Source: Dimorphilus gyrociliatus
Taxonomy: Eukaryota > Animalia > Annelida
Direction of reading: 5' to 3'
Assembly (NCBI GenBank): GCA_904063045.1
Contig: CAJFCJ010000011.1
Coordinates: 682,001-746,000 of the forward strand
DNA: 64,000 bases
Under the pieces are notes generated by a model. That model did not search any database and was not told the DNA's origin. It was given only the letters and a program-made list of their open reading frames with translations. Shown piece by piece: positions 24,001 through 36,100 of the stretch (position 1 is the first letter of the stretch; every line of letters starts with the position of its first letter). The position numbers were made by a program, and so were the translations under genes.

Positions 24001-26027
24001 CATTTTTATTAAACGAGTTAAGAGAAAGTGAAATAGAAAGCATAGATGGAAGCGTCAAACTGTATCCAACGTTAACAATAATAAATCGACTCTTCCCTTC
24101 AGCCGTAGATCAAGTTGAAAGCTTATATACTTTGGCGAATTTCATACCACATATTATTAGGTTCGTTATAATAAAAGAAAAAGACAAATAGTGACTTTAT
24201 ATTTTTTTAGGTGTGCAAAATCTCCTATCCTAAATGTGCGAAATGCTGCTGCTAATGCTTTATTATCCATCATTCGAGATGACAGTGTTTTTTCTGTCAT
24301 AAATCAGATTTCAATGAATCTAGAACAGAGTTTGAAAAAGCACAATTTTTGTCACGGCTTACTATTACAGGTATAATAAATTAAATGGAAGTTTTTTGTT
24401 GTTAACCAATGGTGTTAAATCGATTCAGGCTAGAAATTTAGTTAAAAAGTTGGACATAATAAACGACAACGTTTTAAAAGCTATTGAAAAATTAATCAAT
24501 AGTTGCTTTTCAATCTTCAGCTCTGGGTAATTACTATAAATTTCTTAATTTTTTTAAATAACTTATTTATAACAGACACTGTTATGTCATTCACACTGTG
24601 ACGCTGGCTCTAATTGAGGAAATTTTAAATTTGAAAGTCTCAAAACCTCTACGAAAACGTTGTTTAAATTTAATAATGGGTGCTTTTCAAACGCACTTTA
24701 AGGAGGATTCCAAAGCTATGAAAGAACAGCCGTATTATACACTATTCCTTTCAGACCTTGTTAGACTATATTTTTCATTTGTTAATTTGGAACTATCTGA
24801 CATAGTTAAAGTTTTCGATTATGGCAATTATGAAATCAAGTTAGTTTTAATGACAAGTTTAAATGAGAGATTAGGAGATATCGACAACTTAGTCGATTTC
24901 TTTCTTACCGCGGCTCTGAATGAGACGAATATGGAGTGCTTAGCCGAGGTCGGTAGATATTGATTTTCCTCTTGTCCGTAGTGAATTATTGCAAATGAGC
25001 GAGTTGGGAATGTATTAATTTCAGGAAATGAAAATCTTACATAAAATATTGGAAAGACGCGAAAACTACGAAGAGGAAATGAAGTGCATAATAAGAAAAA
25101 AAGAACTGGTGAATGTTTATTAATCACGTTAATTGGTTTTACCTTGTTCTTGCCTTTTCAGATTGCGACTGCATGCAAAAAATTTTTAAGAAATGGTCCT
25201 AATAGCGTGCGATGCTCAGTTCATGTATTCTACAGTTATTTTATCCGATGCTTTATAGAGGTTCGTAGATCTTTCAAAAAATATACAATACTATTGTTTT
25301 AATAAATCAAAGGATTCAACTATTACATCTGAATGGACAAAAATAATTCGGAAAGATTGTGGAAGTGAAAACAGTACAGAGTTACGTGTAGCGTGTGCTC
25401 GCTCCCTGCTTGTTATATGCAAGGAAGATCTCATTTGTTTATCTGAAAGAGACAGTTAGTAAATATACCTTTATAAATCAGTTTACGGAGTGTGATTTTT
25501 TAGGCTGTTTACTTCTTGAGAGTTTGTTGATTTTATTGACGGATGAAGAATTTTCGACTCGATCAATAGCAAGTGAGGTTATCATAAAATGGTCTTGCCT
25601 ACCTTCATCTATATTAGGTAAATTTCTTAATGTAAAATTTGGTTATAAATCAATTAATACATTTAATTTAGGAAAAAAACAACCTGAAAGATACATATCG
25701 GATTGTTTAAGTTTCATATCTCTTAACTGTGGATCACACGGCAAGGATTTCCTACACCGATTATGTATATCTGACTTAGAGCTTGACTGGCTTCAAGGGG
25801 ATTCCACTAAGGCTCTGCGTCTATTCGACAGAGCTGAAGCGAACAACTACAGGGATGATTTATTAATTTCAAAAACTGTTAGGACCTATATTACATCTGA
25901 AGTGATAAAGGACGATTCCATGTATCTTGAAGAAGTAAGCTACAAAGACATGTTCAATGATCAGCGCTCGTTTGTGTCTAATGTTATATATAAAATCCGA
26001 GATGGTCTTTCTAAATACAACTTATAG
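18007..26027 (+). CDS. THADA: THADA (thyroid adenoma-associated / Trm732-like, DUF2428), many short introns
   Basis: DUF2428 motifs SRHRGAFELAYAGF, RRSAGVPFFVQ, WE/IRNSATLLFSALITRVFGV, FFNRYPSLYSFLL. The 5' exon structure is uncertain. Confidence 0.85.
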
Positions 26028-26153
26028 TTTAAAATTTGATTTGCCGCCAAAATGTTTTGATTCGCTATCGATCAACCAATGAACTCAAGGCTGTAGTTGG
26101 GCGATAAAATAGTACCTTTCCGACCGTCGCCTGTTCGACGAGTCTCGGCAAGG

Positions 26154-28329
26154 ATGAGCGTTCTACAGAAGAAAAATTTTCTAATTGGATACTGGATGTC
26201 GGAAGCGAAGATAAAGAAATTGAGGTTCAGAGAAGAGCTTGACGAAATGCTCAGGTAAGCTCTGAATGTTAAACATCAGAACTTGGTGTATACATTTAGT
26301 TTAAGAACCTTATTCCCGCGCAATTCTAGAATAGCTAACACTTAAAAGTTTTGACAAGGAAATTTGCTGATTTTATAATTTTTTTCGTTATTCATTATAT
26401 TATTAAGGCGACAATCTCATCCATTTGCTTTCGTATGAAAGAGAGATGATAGTATTTACGCCTACATTTTATTGGTTTAATCGATGATAAGGGTAGGATC
26501 AGGCACTTTTGTAAATATAATAAAATAAAGTTCTATTACTAACAGTTTGCTCTATCAATTTCAGTTCACTCAACAAAAAATACAGCATAAAGATCCAAGC
26601 AGTACTGGTTAGTTATAATAATAAAGAACCTTACAATCCACAGTCTAAACACTTCCGAATGCACTTCTATTAAATAAAGCCTTTCACCCTACTCGTTTTA
26701 TAATATCGACATAAAATTGAACGATCTATTTTTTAGTTTTAGGCCATATTATGAACATGCAGCCTATTTTAATTCCGATAGATGTTGCAGCCTTCATATA
26801 TTCGTATATTTTTACAATTAAATGCCTATTTGTCACTAAATGAACCATAATGGCATTTAATTTTATCTAAAGTTCCTCTTCACATAGTATTACTGTGATC
26901 TAGGAATATTTTTATAAGTTATTTTATCTTAAATTTTCGGTTGCTAACACTAAGGCAGCAATAGTGAAGATATACGTAATGTAACTCTTCAAATTGTCTT
27001 TTCACTAAAAGAAATCCAATAAGTAAAAATTACGTGGTATAGAATCAATTTTATAACAGATCGATCTGGAAAAATCATTGGAGGAACAAGGCCCATTCGA
27101 CATCATCATACATAAACTAACAAGTCATATTTCACAAGCTAAGTGTGGTATTTCGACAAGCAAACTCATCATTGAACGCTTTAAGGTTTGAAATCAAAAT
27201 CCTATTGTTTCTGTTAAGGCATTTTCTAAGGAACTAACGGGATGAATCATAACTAATATAGATTTATACAGAGAATTTGAAACATTTGTGATCTCTTTAA
27301 TTTAACTCTTTCCATCAGCAATATTGCGAGTTGCACGAAACAACAATCGTAATTGATCCAATCAATTATATAAATCGGACACTCAATAGACGGGATCAGT
27401 ACGACTTAATACGAAAAAGCATAGAAGGTACGGAATTAATTAATGCAACGCTGATTTTCAATAGGAAATTTATTGATTATATTCTAGGCACAACAGATTT
27501 CTTTATTCCATCTTTCGTCGACCTGAAAAGTCGGAATGTTGACGATAATAAGAGTCAAATTATGTCCCATAATGTTACTTATCCCATAGGTTAGTAATTC
27601 TTACTTTATAATCCTCATATATGATATACTTTTGACAGTTTGTAAACCCTTATTTGCTCATGGCTCAACAAGCCATGCCATGAAGATTATATTCAACGAA
27701 GATGCACTATTAGATATTGAACCTCCGTGTGTTGCAATGTCTTTTGTTAATCACAGAGCTGTACTCTACAAACTGTTTGTGGTGGGTGAAAAATATCGTT
27801 TAGTTGTCAGGCCATCGGTAAGAGACTTGGAGCCAGGTCAAATAGAAACTATTAAATTTGATAGTCATGATGTCTCTAAGCCAAATTCATCGTCTCATTT
27901 AACAAAATCATCAAATAACAAAGACGAAAATTATTATAAACCTGAAATAGATGAAACTAAATTAAGAAACCTAGTTGAAATTATTCGCAATCAGTTTCGC
28001 ATGTGCCTCTGTGGAATCGATATCTTATTGGAGGAGAAGACTGGTAGATATGCTGTCATAGATATAAACGCTTTTCCAGGCAAGAATACTTTTTGAAAAA
28101 TATAAATACTTTAGCAGACACTTACAAATTTTCTGCAACAGGTTATGAAGGGGTTGATGATTTATACCCTCTTATGGGGGAGCTGATAGGAAACACCCTG
28201 ATCAATGGACCTCTATACGAAAGGTATCACTTCAATGATATTAACATTGGAAATAAGGAAGAAAATCAAATCTCGAACCAGAACAATATTTGCCACAGTA
28301 ATAGTAAACCTAACAATCACAATAGGTAA
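26154..28329 (+). CDS. ITPK1: Inositol-tetrakisphosphate 1-kinase, multi-exon
   Basis: IGYWMSEAKIKKLRF, IDLEKSLEEQGPFDIIIHKL, PPCVAMSFVNHRAVLYKLFVVGE, VIDINAFPG/YEGV: ATP-grasp ITPK1 motifs. Confidence 0.92.
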
Positions 28330-29977
28330 AATATATGAAAGAATCTGCTCTCTGTCAATTATAAAAAAGTTTTATTTATCTTTAATTAAGTAGGAAATCG
28401 CTACTTGAAATGCAACCAGATGTGTCATTGTTTCTTTGATTTATATTTCTTATTATAAACTTTTTCTAATATCTGTTTATTTCTTTTCTTTTCCTGCAGT
28501 ACTTATTTGTTATTCTAAATTCCAATCGCAGTTAAAATGAATTATTAGCAAAGACACTTTATTGAAAGTAAATATTTTGATATATTGTAATATAGTCTCT
28601 AATCAACTGGAAAATCTTTTACTACTAGTCATGGTTAATAATTTTAGACTTAGCAAATCGTTTCATACATTTCTGAATAAAATTCTACGAATTATAATTG
28701 AAAATACATAATTCGACAAACGTTTTATTGCATTAAAATCTTAGTACTAATATATTCCAAAAAATACGATCCAATTTTCTAAACTGTTTGGGAAGGTACA
28801 TTAACCAACAAGTTGATGTCATTGCTCCAGTTAATTAATATTTACTAGAAGTCTCAGATAAAAAGGCTAAAGAATACAAAAGCCTATTTCATAAATCCGA
28901 AGTATTTCAAGTAGGCTTTATATTTCACAAAACAATTGCTTGATTTTGTTTGACTATCTATTAACTAGCTAAAGATTACTCTGTTAGGCATTCCGTTGCA
29001 ACTATACAGTTAGTTGGAGCATTGTAATTTTTGGATTCTTTTGAAAGACATACTTTTTACAAAAATCCATCCCGCTAGGATGTCAGAGAATTTCTTTTTA
29101 TAATTGCACTAATTCCAGAACTTCCGTTTAAATTATTTATTTAACGAAGCTATTCTATATCATATGGGTAATATGCAACACTACATGTGTATAGTCTTAA
29201 ATATGCTCAATATTAAGTTTCAGTTGGATTCTTTGGATACACGGGAAAGTGCTGAAAAGAAATACTAATCGATAAAAAATAACCTTTGAAAATAGCAATC
29301 TCGAAATGGATTATGAAATTCATATACAGTATTTTTACACGCTGCTTTGTTTAAAATTTTCTCTCGTGGTATCGAAGATTATAAACTGATACAATTATAT
29401 TTTTGGCCAAGAAAGCAAAGAATTTCTTAAGTTTCGTATTCAATGATCTGAACAGCACTTTCGCTCACAAAGACTTTCGATCTTTTCGAAAATATTTGCA
29501 TAACTTCGACCGTCGCTCGCATGGAAACGACCAATCTTTCTGCCAATTGACGACTGTATTTATCGTTGTTAACAACTTTTTATCTCTTCGAAGCGATATG
29601 GCACCTCTGTTAAGGTTAGTAATTGTTTGCATTTGCCTTTTCAGCAGTGACTGATTACCTGTAAGTTTATATTCTCCATTTTAGAATAAAGCTATTCTTG
29701 CTACGTGTAATAATATCTTGTAAAATTTTACTTTTGAAGAGTTAATTATATGATATGGCTGGTAAATCTTCTAGCTTAATTAACTCTGATACTCTTGGAC
29801 GTATTTTATACTAGCCTACATTAATAAACTAGGCATAATTATTGACTAAAAAAGCCTACATCTATGACATCAATGCCATAGATTTATTCTTTAGAGGGAG
29901 AATCGGATGCTTTATGAGTCCGAAAAAGTGCTATAAATAATTATCATTTACATATCAAAATCATATATAGTCTCAGC

Positions 29978-31925
29978 ATGGGCGATGATGAAAACAAGAG
30001 CGAAAGTCATCGTACTGTTTTAATATTGTCTGACACTTGGTCATCTACTAAAGAAGGAATCGCTGCTGTAACTTATGGACTCGCTTCTAAATTAGCAACA
30101 TACAAAGGAATAAAGGTAAAACGACTGCACAGAGGGAAGTTAATGTATTTGCCTACATTTCACAGATTTACGTCAACACTGTTGATCAATCAATATCAAC
30201 ATCTGACAGGAAAGAGGCGGAAAGGCTGGGAGTGGAATTAAGTATCTTTGAGAATCCGACATGGAGTGCCAATATAAGGTGTTTAATCAAGACATGAGTC
30301 AGTCACTAAGGATTTTTATATCTATTACTTTTATATTTATTCAGAAACGTAACACAAATAATTGGTCATGCTCCATTTAATCATCAACTTGCCTTAAAAT
30401 TAAAAGATGAAAAGGTTGACAGTGAAAAAAATTTATGTAAATTTAAAACAAAAAATTTCTCTTTCAGTTTATTGATTCCGAAGTGCTCAGTTTCTTCCAC
30501 ACAACTATTGATGACGTAAGCTGGACCGCAGATAATCTTCCATATTCTTTCCCAACTATGAATGAACTCGTGAACTGTGCCGAAAGGAGTTCAGCTGTGT
30601 ATTCTGTAACTGAAAAAGTTCACTTTTATTGGTCCGCAAAATTTCGTAATAGAGCTAAGAAACCTATTGATCATCGTCTTTATGAACCACTGTCTCACCC
30701 TTTACTTTTTCAAGTTCCACCGGTTCGAAAATGTGATGAAATTCGATTGTTAGTTTTGACGGATAATAATCAGGAGGGGAATTTCTGTGGGGAAGATATT
30801 GGCGCTTGCGCTGTCAGTAAATTGGCTGAACTCTATGAAAAAGAATATGATTCATTGGCCCAGAAACTAAAATTGATCATTGGTACGCATGAAAAAGCAG
30901 GTGAACTTAGTAGGACAAGAGATCGATGTCAAAAACAAATTCTACAAAATAATCTACCGATGGAAGTAATTCAATGGAGAGACGTCAATGAGATGTTAGA
31001 GGCTATCCATAATTCAGATGTAGTGTTGGCTGCCAGTCGATGTGAGCCAATGGGATTTTTTGGCCTTGCTCCACTGTGCGCTGGTGTACCCTGTCTAATA
31101 TCAGAAAATTCTACTTTGGCACCCCTTGTACAGCGTCTTACTACAGAACCTCATCTAATTCTTACACCAACAACTCCTTTACCAGCAGTTGTAAGACAGG
31201 ATGCAACGACTTGGGCAGTTAAGCTAAAAGAAGTATTGTCAAATATGAATAAGGCAAGAAGAGCGGCGTTGCAATTCCAGAAAAGTTTAAGAAATGATGG
31301 TAAAACGAAGAAAACTCATGACGATATGGTTGCCTTTTGCATAAATGGTCTCCGAATCAAGCATCAGGTCACCAAGGTCAACTTAATGGCATCAGTGAAT
31401 GAGGAGCATGAATTATCTACGCAAAGATCACTGAATAAATTCATTTGCTATACTTTAAAGCAATGTTGGCGCCTGAAGCACCACCCATTGACATTGGAGG
31501 AAGATCTACAGCCTGCCATTCCATCAATTCAACCCGATCTAAATTCTTTAGTGAAAAATGTAATTGATAAAATTGAGGCTAGAGGGAGGCGAATTTTGGC
31601 AGTAGAAGGGGATACTAATTCATTCATAGTTCATTGTCCCACAGCCGAAGCAGCATCTGATCTTTGGGCATCATGCGATATAATTAATGATTCTCTTTTT
31701 CTCACTTTACTGGCCAGCACGGACGAGTCTCACAACCCAGTCTTAAATAAATTTAGGATTCGTAGCATAGAGGTGAGTAATTGACAACTTTTAGATAATA
31801 TACAAAAACTTTTGTTGTAGATGAGAACTCATATAGATGGACCAGAATTTCTCAAATACAAAAAAGCTTTACTTCTTGCAGCTGACAGAGCCGATGAAGC
31901 ACCAAACGTTGCCATTAATATATAA
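29978..31925 (+). CDS. GT-B (family 4, conflict-type) glycosyltransferase-like domain fused to a C-terminal TRADD-N-like domain, about 576 aa, 5 exons
   Basis: Exons 29978-30115, 30166-30278, 30345-30414, 30468-31772, 31821-31925. N-terminal ILSDTWSSTKEGIAAVTYGLASKLA, IIGHAP, FFHT and SDVVLAASRCEPMGFFGLAPLCAGVPCLISENS are GT4-like. C-terminal SFIVHCPTAEAASDLWASC...IEMRTHIDGPEFLKYK is TRADD-N-like. Confidence 0.7.
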
Positions 31926-32208
31926 ACTGATAATCATAAACATCAACTTACGTGATTTTTAATAATTAGTTCTTTTGAGAGTGATTTTTCTTTTTCTGAA
32001 TTTAGTAAATTAAGGGAAACTCACTGAAATTAATACATTTGAATTCATATCGAAGCCATTTCAGAATCTATCAAAAACATGTATTTATTGGAATTTACTC
32101 CTGTTACATTTCAAAACGAAAAAGATATCATTTCATTTTGTAGAAAGTAAGAAGAAAGAAGAAATTTGTTTCATTTATATAATCAGTATTTTTGTGCAAT
32201 AAAAAAGT

Positions 32209-32873
32209 TCAAGATTTCAATACACGATATACAGCCATAGTTACTAAACTAGCTGCAGATAAAAGCATGCCACCTTTTAAAAGGGCTTTTCTCTCAACTT
32301 CTGGATCCTCAAAAAATTCTACGAATTGTTTCTAAAAAATAAATAGATTAACAGATTTTTTTTTACGAAAGAGCATATTACCCATCCACCATTTTCGTCA
32401 AGCCAATCGCAGAATTCTTCCTCGGCGAAAGCACATAATGTCTTTTTAATTAGTGGAACATATGACTCCTTTCCATTTTCTTTACATCTCTTAGCAAAAA
32501 CTCCAGCAAATGCGTAGTAAGTTGCTATAAGACTGAAGTGTAGCTTTTTATCTTGTATCATTGTCTGGCCAACTGTTCGAAGTGATTTAACAATATCCTT
32601 TTCACTATTAACACATACTCTATCAGACATGTTTGTAAATGTCTCATTGTAAACTGATAATAATTCATCCACAGCCCTGAGTATACTAGCCTCTATCCTT
32701 GTGGCTTTCCATGGTCGAGATGTATAGGCAACAGCGTCAACAACAACTTCTGCTAGATGTCTGGCAATATTGCGCGTCTCCTCTACCGATTCTGGAGCAT
32801 TAAAGGGTACAACTGTTTTAAGTGCTGAGAGAACATGCTTCAAGTGAAACGCTGAGTTATCTTCGTTATTCAT
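32209..32873 (-). CDS. Bcl-2 family protein, MCL1-like, with C-terminal membrane anchor, 2 exons
   Basis: BH2 DWLDENGGW/KQFVEFF spans the intron; SEKDIVKSLRTV and AKRCKENGKESYV align with the MCL1 helices; TM tail GGMLLSAASLVTMAVYRVLKS*. Confidence 0.8.
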
Positions 32874-32941
32874 ACGGTTTTAAACAGAGAAACGAAGTTT
32901 GAGTTAGAATACTGTTTTATATATCAAAGAAAGTACCGACG

Positions 32942-33034
32942 ACGCATGCGTATTTACGTGTTATGAAGTAGACAACGAACCTTTATTACAATTTTAGCGC
33001 CGTCTATCGTTGTTATCGTTTTCGATAGATGGCG
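32942..33034. promoter_or_regulatory. Bidirectional MCL1-like/ABCG promoter: NRF1-like palindrome and an inverted pair of TAGAYGGCG motifs
   Basis: ACGCATGCGT at 32942-32951; CGCCGTCTATCG at 32998-33009 and CGATAGATGGCG at 33023-33034 form a 12-bp inverted repeat with one mismatch. Confidence 0.45.
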
Positions 33035-33146
33035 ATCTGATCAAATTGCAGCGTCAGCCATGTTGCATTACATTTTCAGGAAAGAGCTCTGAAAAAATGG
33101 ATTAAAAAATTGAGCACTCGCTTTCTTTTAAAGTATCTGTGAAAAA

Positions 33147-36100
33147 ATGGCAGACTTGCTCAGCATTCAAGTCCACGTTCCTGTCACGAAGTGTGAGAGT
33201 GGAAAGTTTTTAGAAAAAGAAGATAATATACAACAAAGCGTTTCGAAAATTCGTAAAATCGAGAATTCTTTTAAAAACCCGATTAACTCTCTGGACAAAG
33301 GAACAAAATACTCTTATTTACCCAGAAGGAAGGCAGTTGACATAGAATTTAAGAATTTGGTGTATGCAGTTCCAGAAAATAAGCGAAAAGGTATTTTTAT
33401 CCGTTTTACAGCTGTGAATGACCATAGAATTGCGTAATGTCCAATGTTAACAATTTAAGAAAGTCTTAGTCTAATAGATAAGGATATTAGAGCGTATCAG
33501 AAAATGATAGTCTAAGAATTTGTATTAAGGTCTTTAGAAATACATGTCGACTCCTTAAATTTCTTTTTCAAGTGATATCACTTGATAAGTTGATATTGGG
33601 GATCGACAAGATTAGATATATGATCAATTATAGAATTTTGTGACCTTTTTGGGTGTATTAAGAATCTTTTTTGTAATTATTCTTTGTTTGCAAATAATGT
33701 AAGTGCGTTATTCGAGGAAAGGTTTAAAGTCCAAAGTTCCGGGATACAAAAACTAAGTTAGTATGTGCAATAATCATTTGATTGTTTGTTTAGATAATTA
33801 CTCTCATTTCATTGTTTGACAGTTGAATGTATGTAATAAGCATGAATTATCCAGTAATATTTTCTATCCTATATCTATGATTATTTTTAGGTTTGAGATA
33901 CATATGGGACTCACAAAATTGTTTCAAAAACATCCTGAAAGGTAGATATCTGAAGCAAAATTTCACAAAGTGGTTCTAATTAGTATATATTTTAGGAATC
34001 AGTGGAAAAATGTGTTCAGGCCAATTAACCGCTATCATGGGACCCAGCGGTGCTGGTAAATCTTCTCTGATGAATATTCTAGCTGGATATCAGTGTAAAA
34101 GTAGTGCCATTACCGGCACAATACATCTCAACAACAAGCCAAGGAACCTGAGAAAATTCCGGAAAATGGCTTGTTATATCATGCAAGTTTGTAAAAATCT
34201 TTAGGTATATTTTTGCGTTGATTTTGACTTTGTCATTATTTAACAGGACAGTCACTTGTTGGAGCATCTCAGCGTTCAGGAATCCATGATGTGCTCAGCA
34301 AACTTAAAACTATCAGAAAAAATGAATGTTGAAGAAAAGAAACAACTTGTTGGAGAAATTTTAGATACTTTAAGTTTGACTGAATGCAAAGATACACTTA
34401 CAGAAAATTTAAGTGGAGGGCAAAAAAAACGACTATCTATTGCTTTAGAATTGGTTAATAATCCACCCGTGATGTTTTTTGACGAACCAACAAGTGGTTT
34501 GGATAGTTCGTCAACTTATCAATGTGTTGATTTATTGAGGTCTCTTGCTCAGGGCGGACGAACGGTGATTTGCACCATTCATCAGCCGAGTGCCAAATTA
34601 TTGGATATGTTTGATCACGTAAGTGCACTTGAGTCTATTTCTCTATGATGCAGTTTATTCGGTACTTTTTTTTTAGCTCTACATGTTGGCTGATGGGCAA
34701 TGCATGTATCAAGGAGACATTCCCGGTTTGATACCTTTCGTAGCAGCTGTAGCTGTAAAGTGTCCAGAATATCATAACCCTGCTGATTTCGGTAAACTTT
34801 TGAATAAAAAGTTATAAATTTGTAACACTCCTGATTGATATTTTTCTTAGTTATGGAGCTGGCCTGCGGTCAATATGGAGAAACACATTTGATTAAGATG
34901 GTAGATGCTGTCAAGAAAGGAAAATGCCTGCAATATCAACGACCTAAGAAACGAACAAATTGCGAAAAGGAAGAAAAGGTAAGATAATTTACGATACACT
35001 ACTGTTGTATCTTATTTCTCTGTCTCATTACAATTATGTATTTATGGATTAAAAATTTCGCAGTTGTTCAAGCAGATGTCTGTAAGTTTATTTTAGCAAT
35101 AACTTGAAATTTCATGGCTTTGATTTACTTTTTTCGATTTTTTTCAAACTGCTAAGTCCTATACTTAAAAATTGATCTTATTCCTTTCAATTCTGGTTTG
35201 AACAATTCTCCAAACTTTTGGTTTTCAGGTTAATGAATTTCTGGCCTCAAAAGACTCTAAGGAAACGTCAATTGTTGACGACAAAATGGATGACGCACTA
35301 ATTTCTGAAAGCGTACCGCTAAACAATGATCTATCTTCTAAAGTGAGTAACAATTCACAATCTTCTGAAAATGTATATATTTTAGACTATTATGTTTAAG
35401 GAGACGAGTCAAGGAGAAGCAACAAGCAAGGGTGATGTAAGTACACTTTCATTTGCTTTATGACAAAGTTTATTCGTATAGAACTAATAGAATAATATTT
35501 AAGAATTCGAGATCAATTAAGTATTCCTTTCAATAACTTTGTCATTCCTACAGTTCTGTAAAACTGGTTGTTTTTGTTTAAAACAATCAATTGAAAATAA
35601 CTGTACTTGTTGTGATGAGGAGGTATTTTGTGGAGAAAATTTTATTTTTTGATTCCGTGAGATTCTCCCACGTGATCTAAGCTTAGCAGAGATAACGCTA
35701 TTTTAGGACCATACATAATCATTTTACGACACCTATCTGATAGTTTTTAACACACTTTACATAAATAATTGTTAGTTTATTCTCTTTGTTAATTTTCTCC
35801 TTGTAGAGTTCATCACATAATTCAACTGAGTCTTATCAGGATTCGAGTGATGAGGTGATTTTCACTAACTTTGGAACGTTGTGTTTAAAAATAGACAACT
35901 GGCTATGAGGATTTATTGTTGTAATTTAGATGCATTTCCTACTAATCTCTGTACCTTTCTTATCCAGTATTTGTTGTTATTCTTTAATGAGTTTATTTTA
36001 TTCTATCAACAATTCTTAGCTTTTTATAACAATGGCTGAAAGAAATTAGTTTTTTTTGCAGCCAGTCGAAGTCTTAGCACTTTTAAGACGATTTACTTAT

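Noticed and set aside
29403-29654. 83-aa ORF upstream of the GT4-TRADD-N gene
   Set aside because: Non-ATG start and no domain; it contains donor-like sites and an octamer ATTTGCAT, more consistent with promoter/5'UTR exons.
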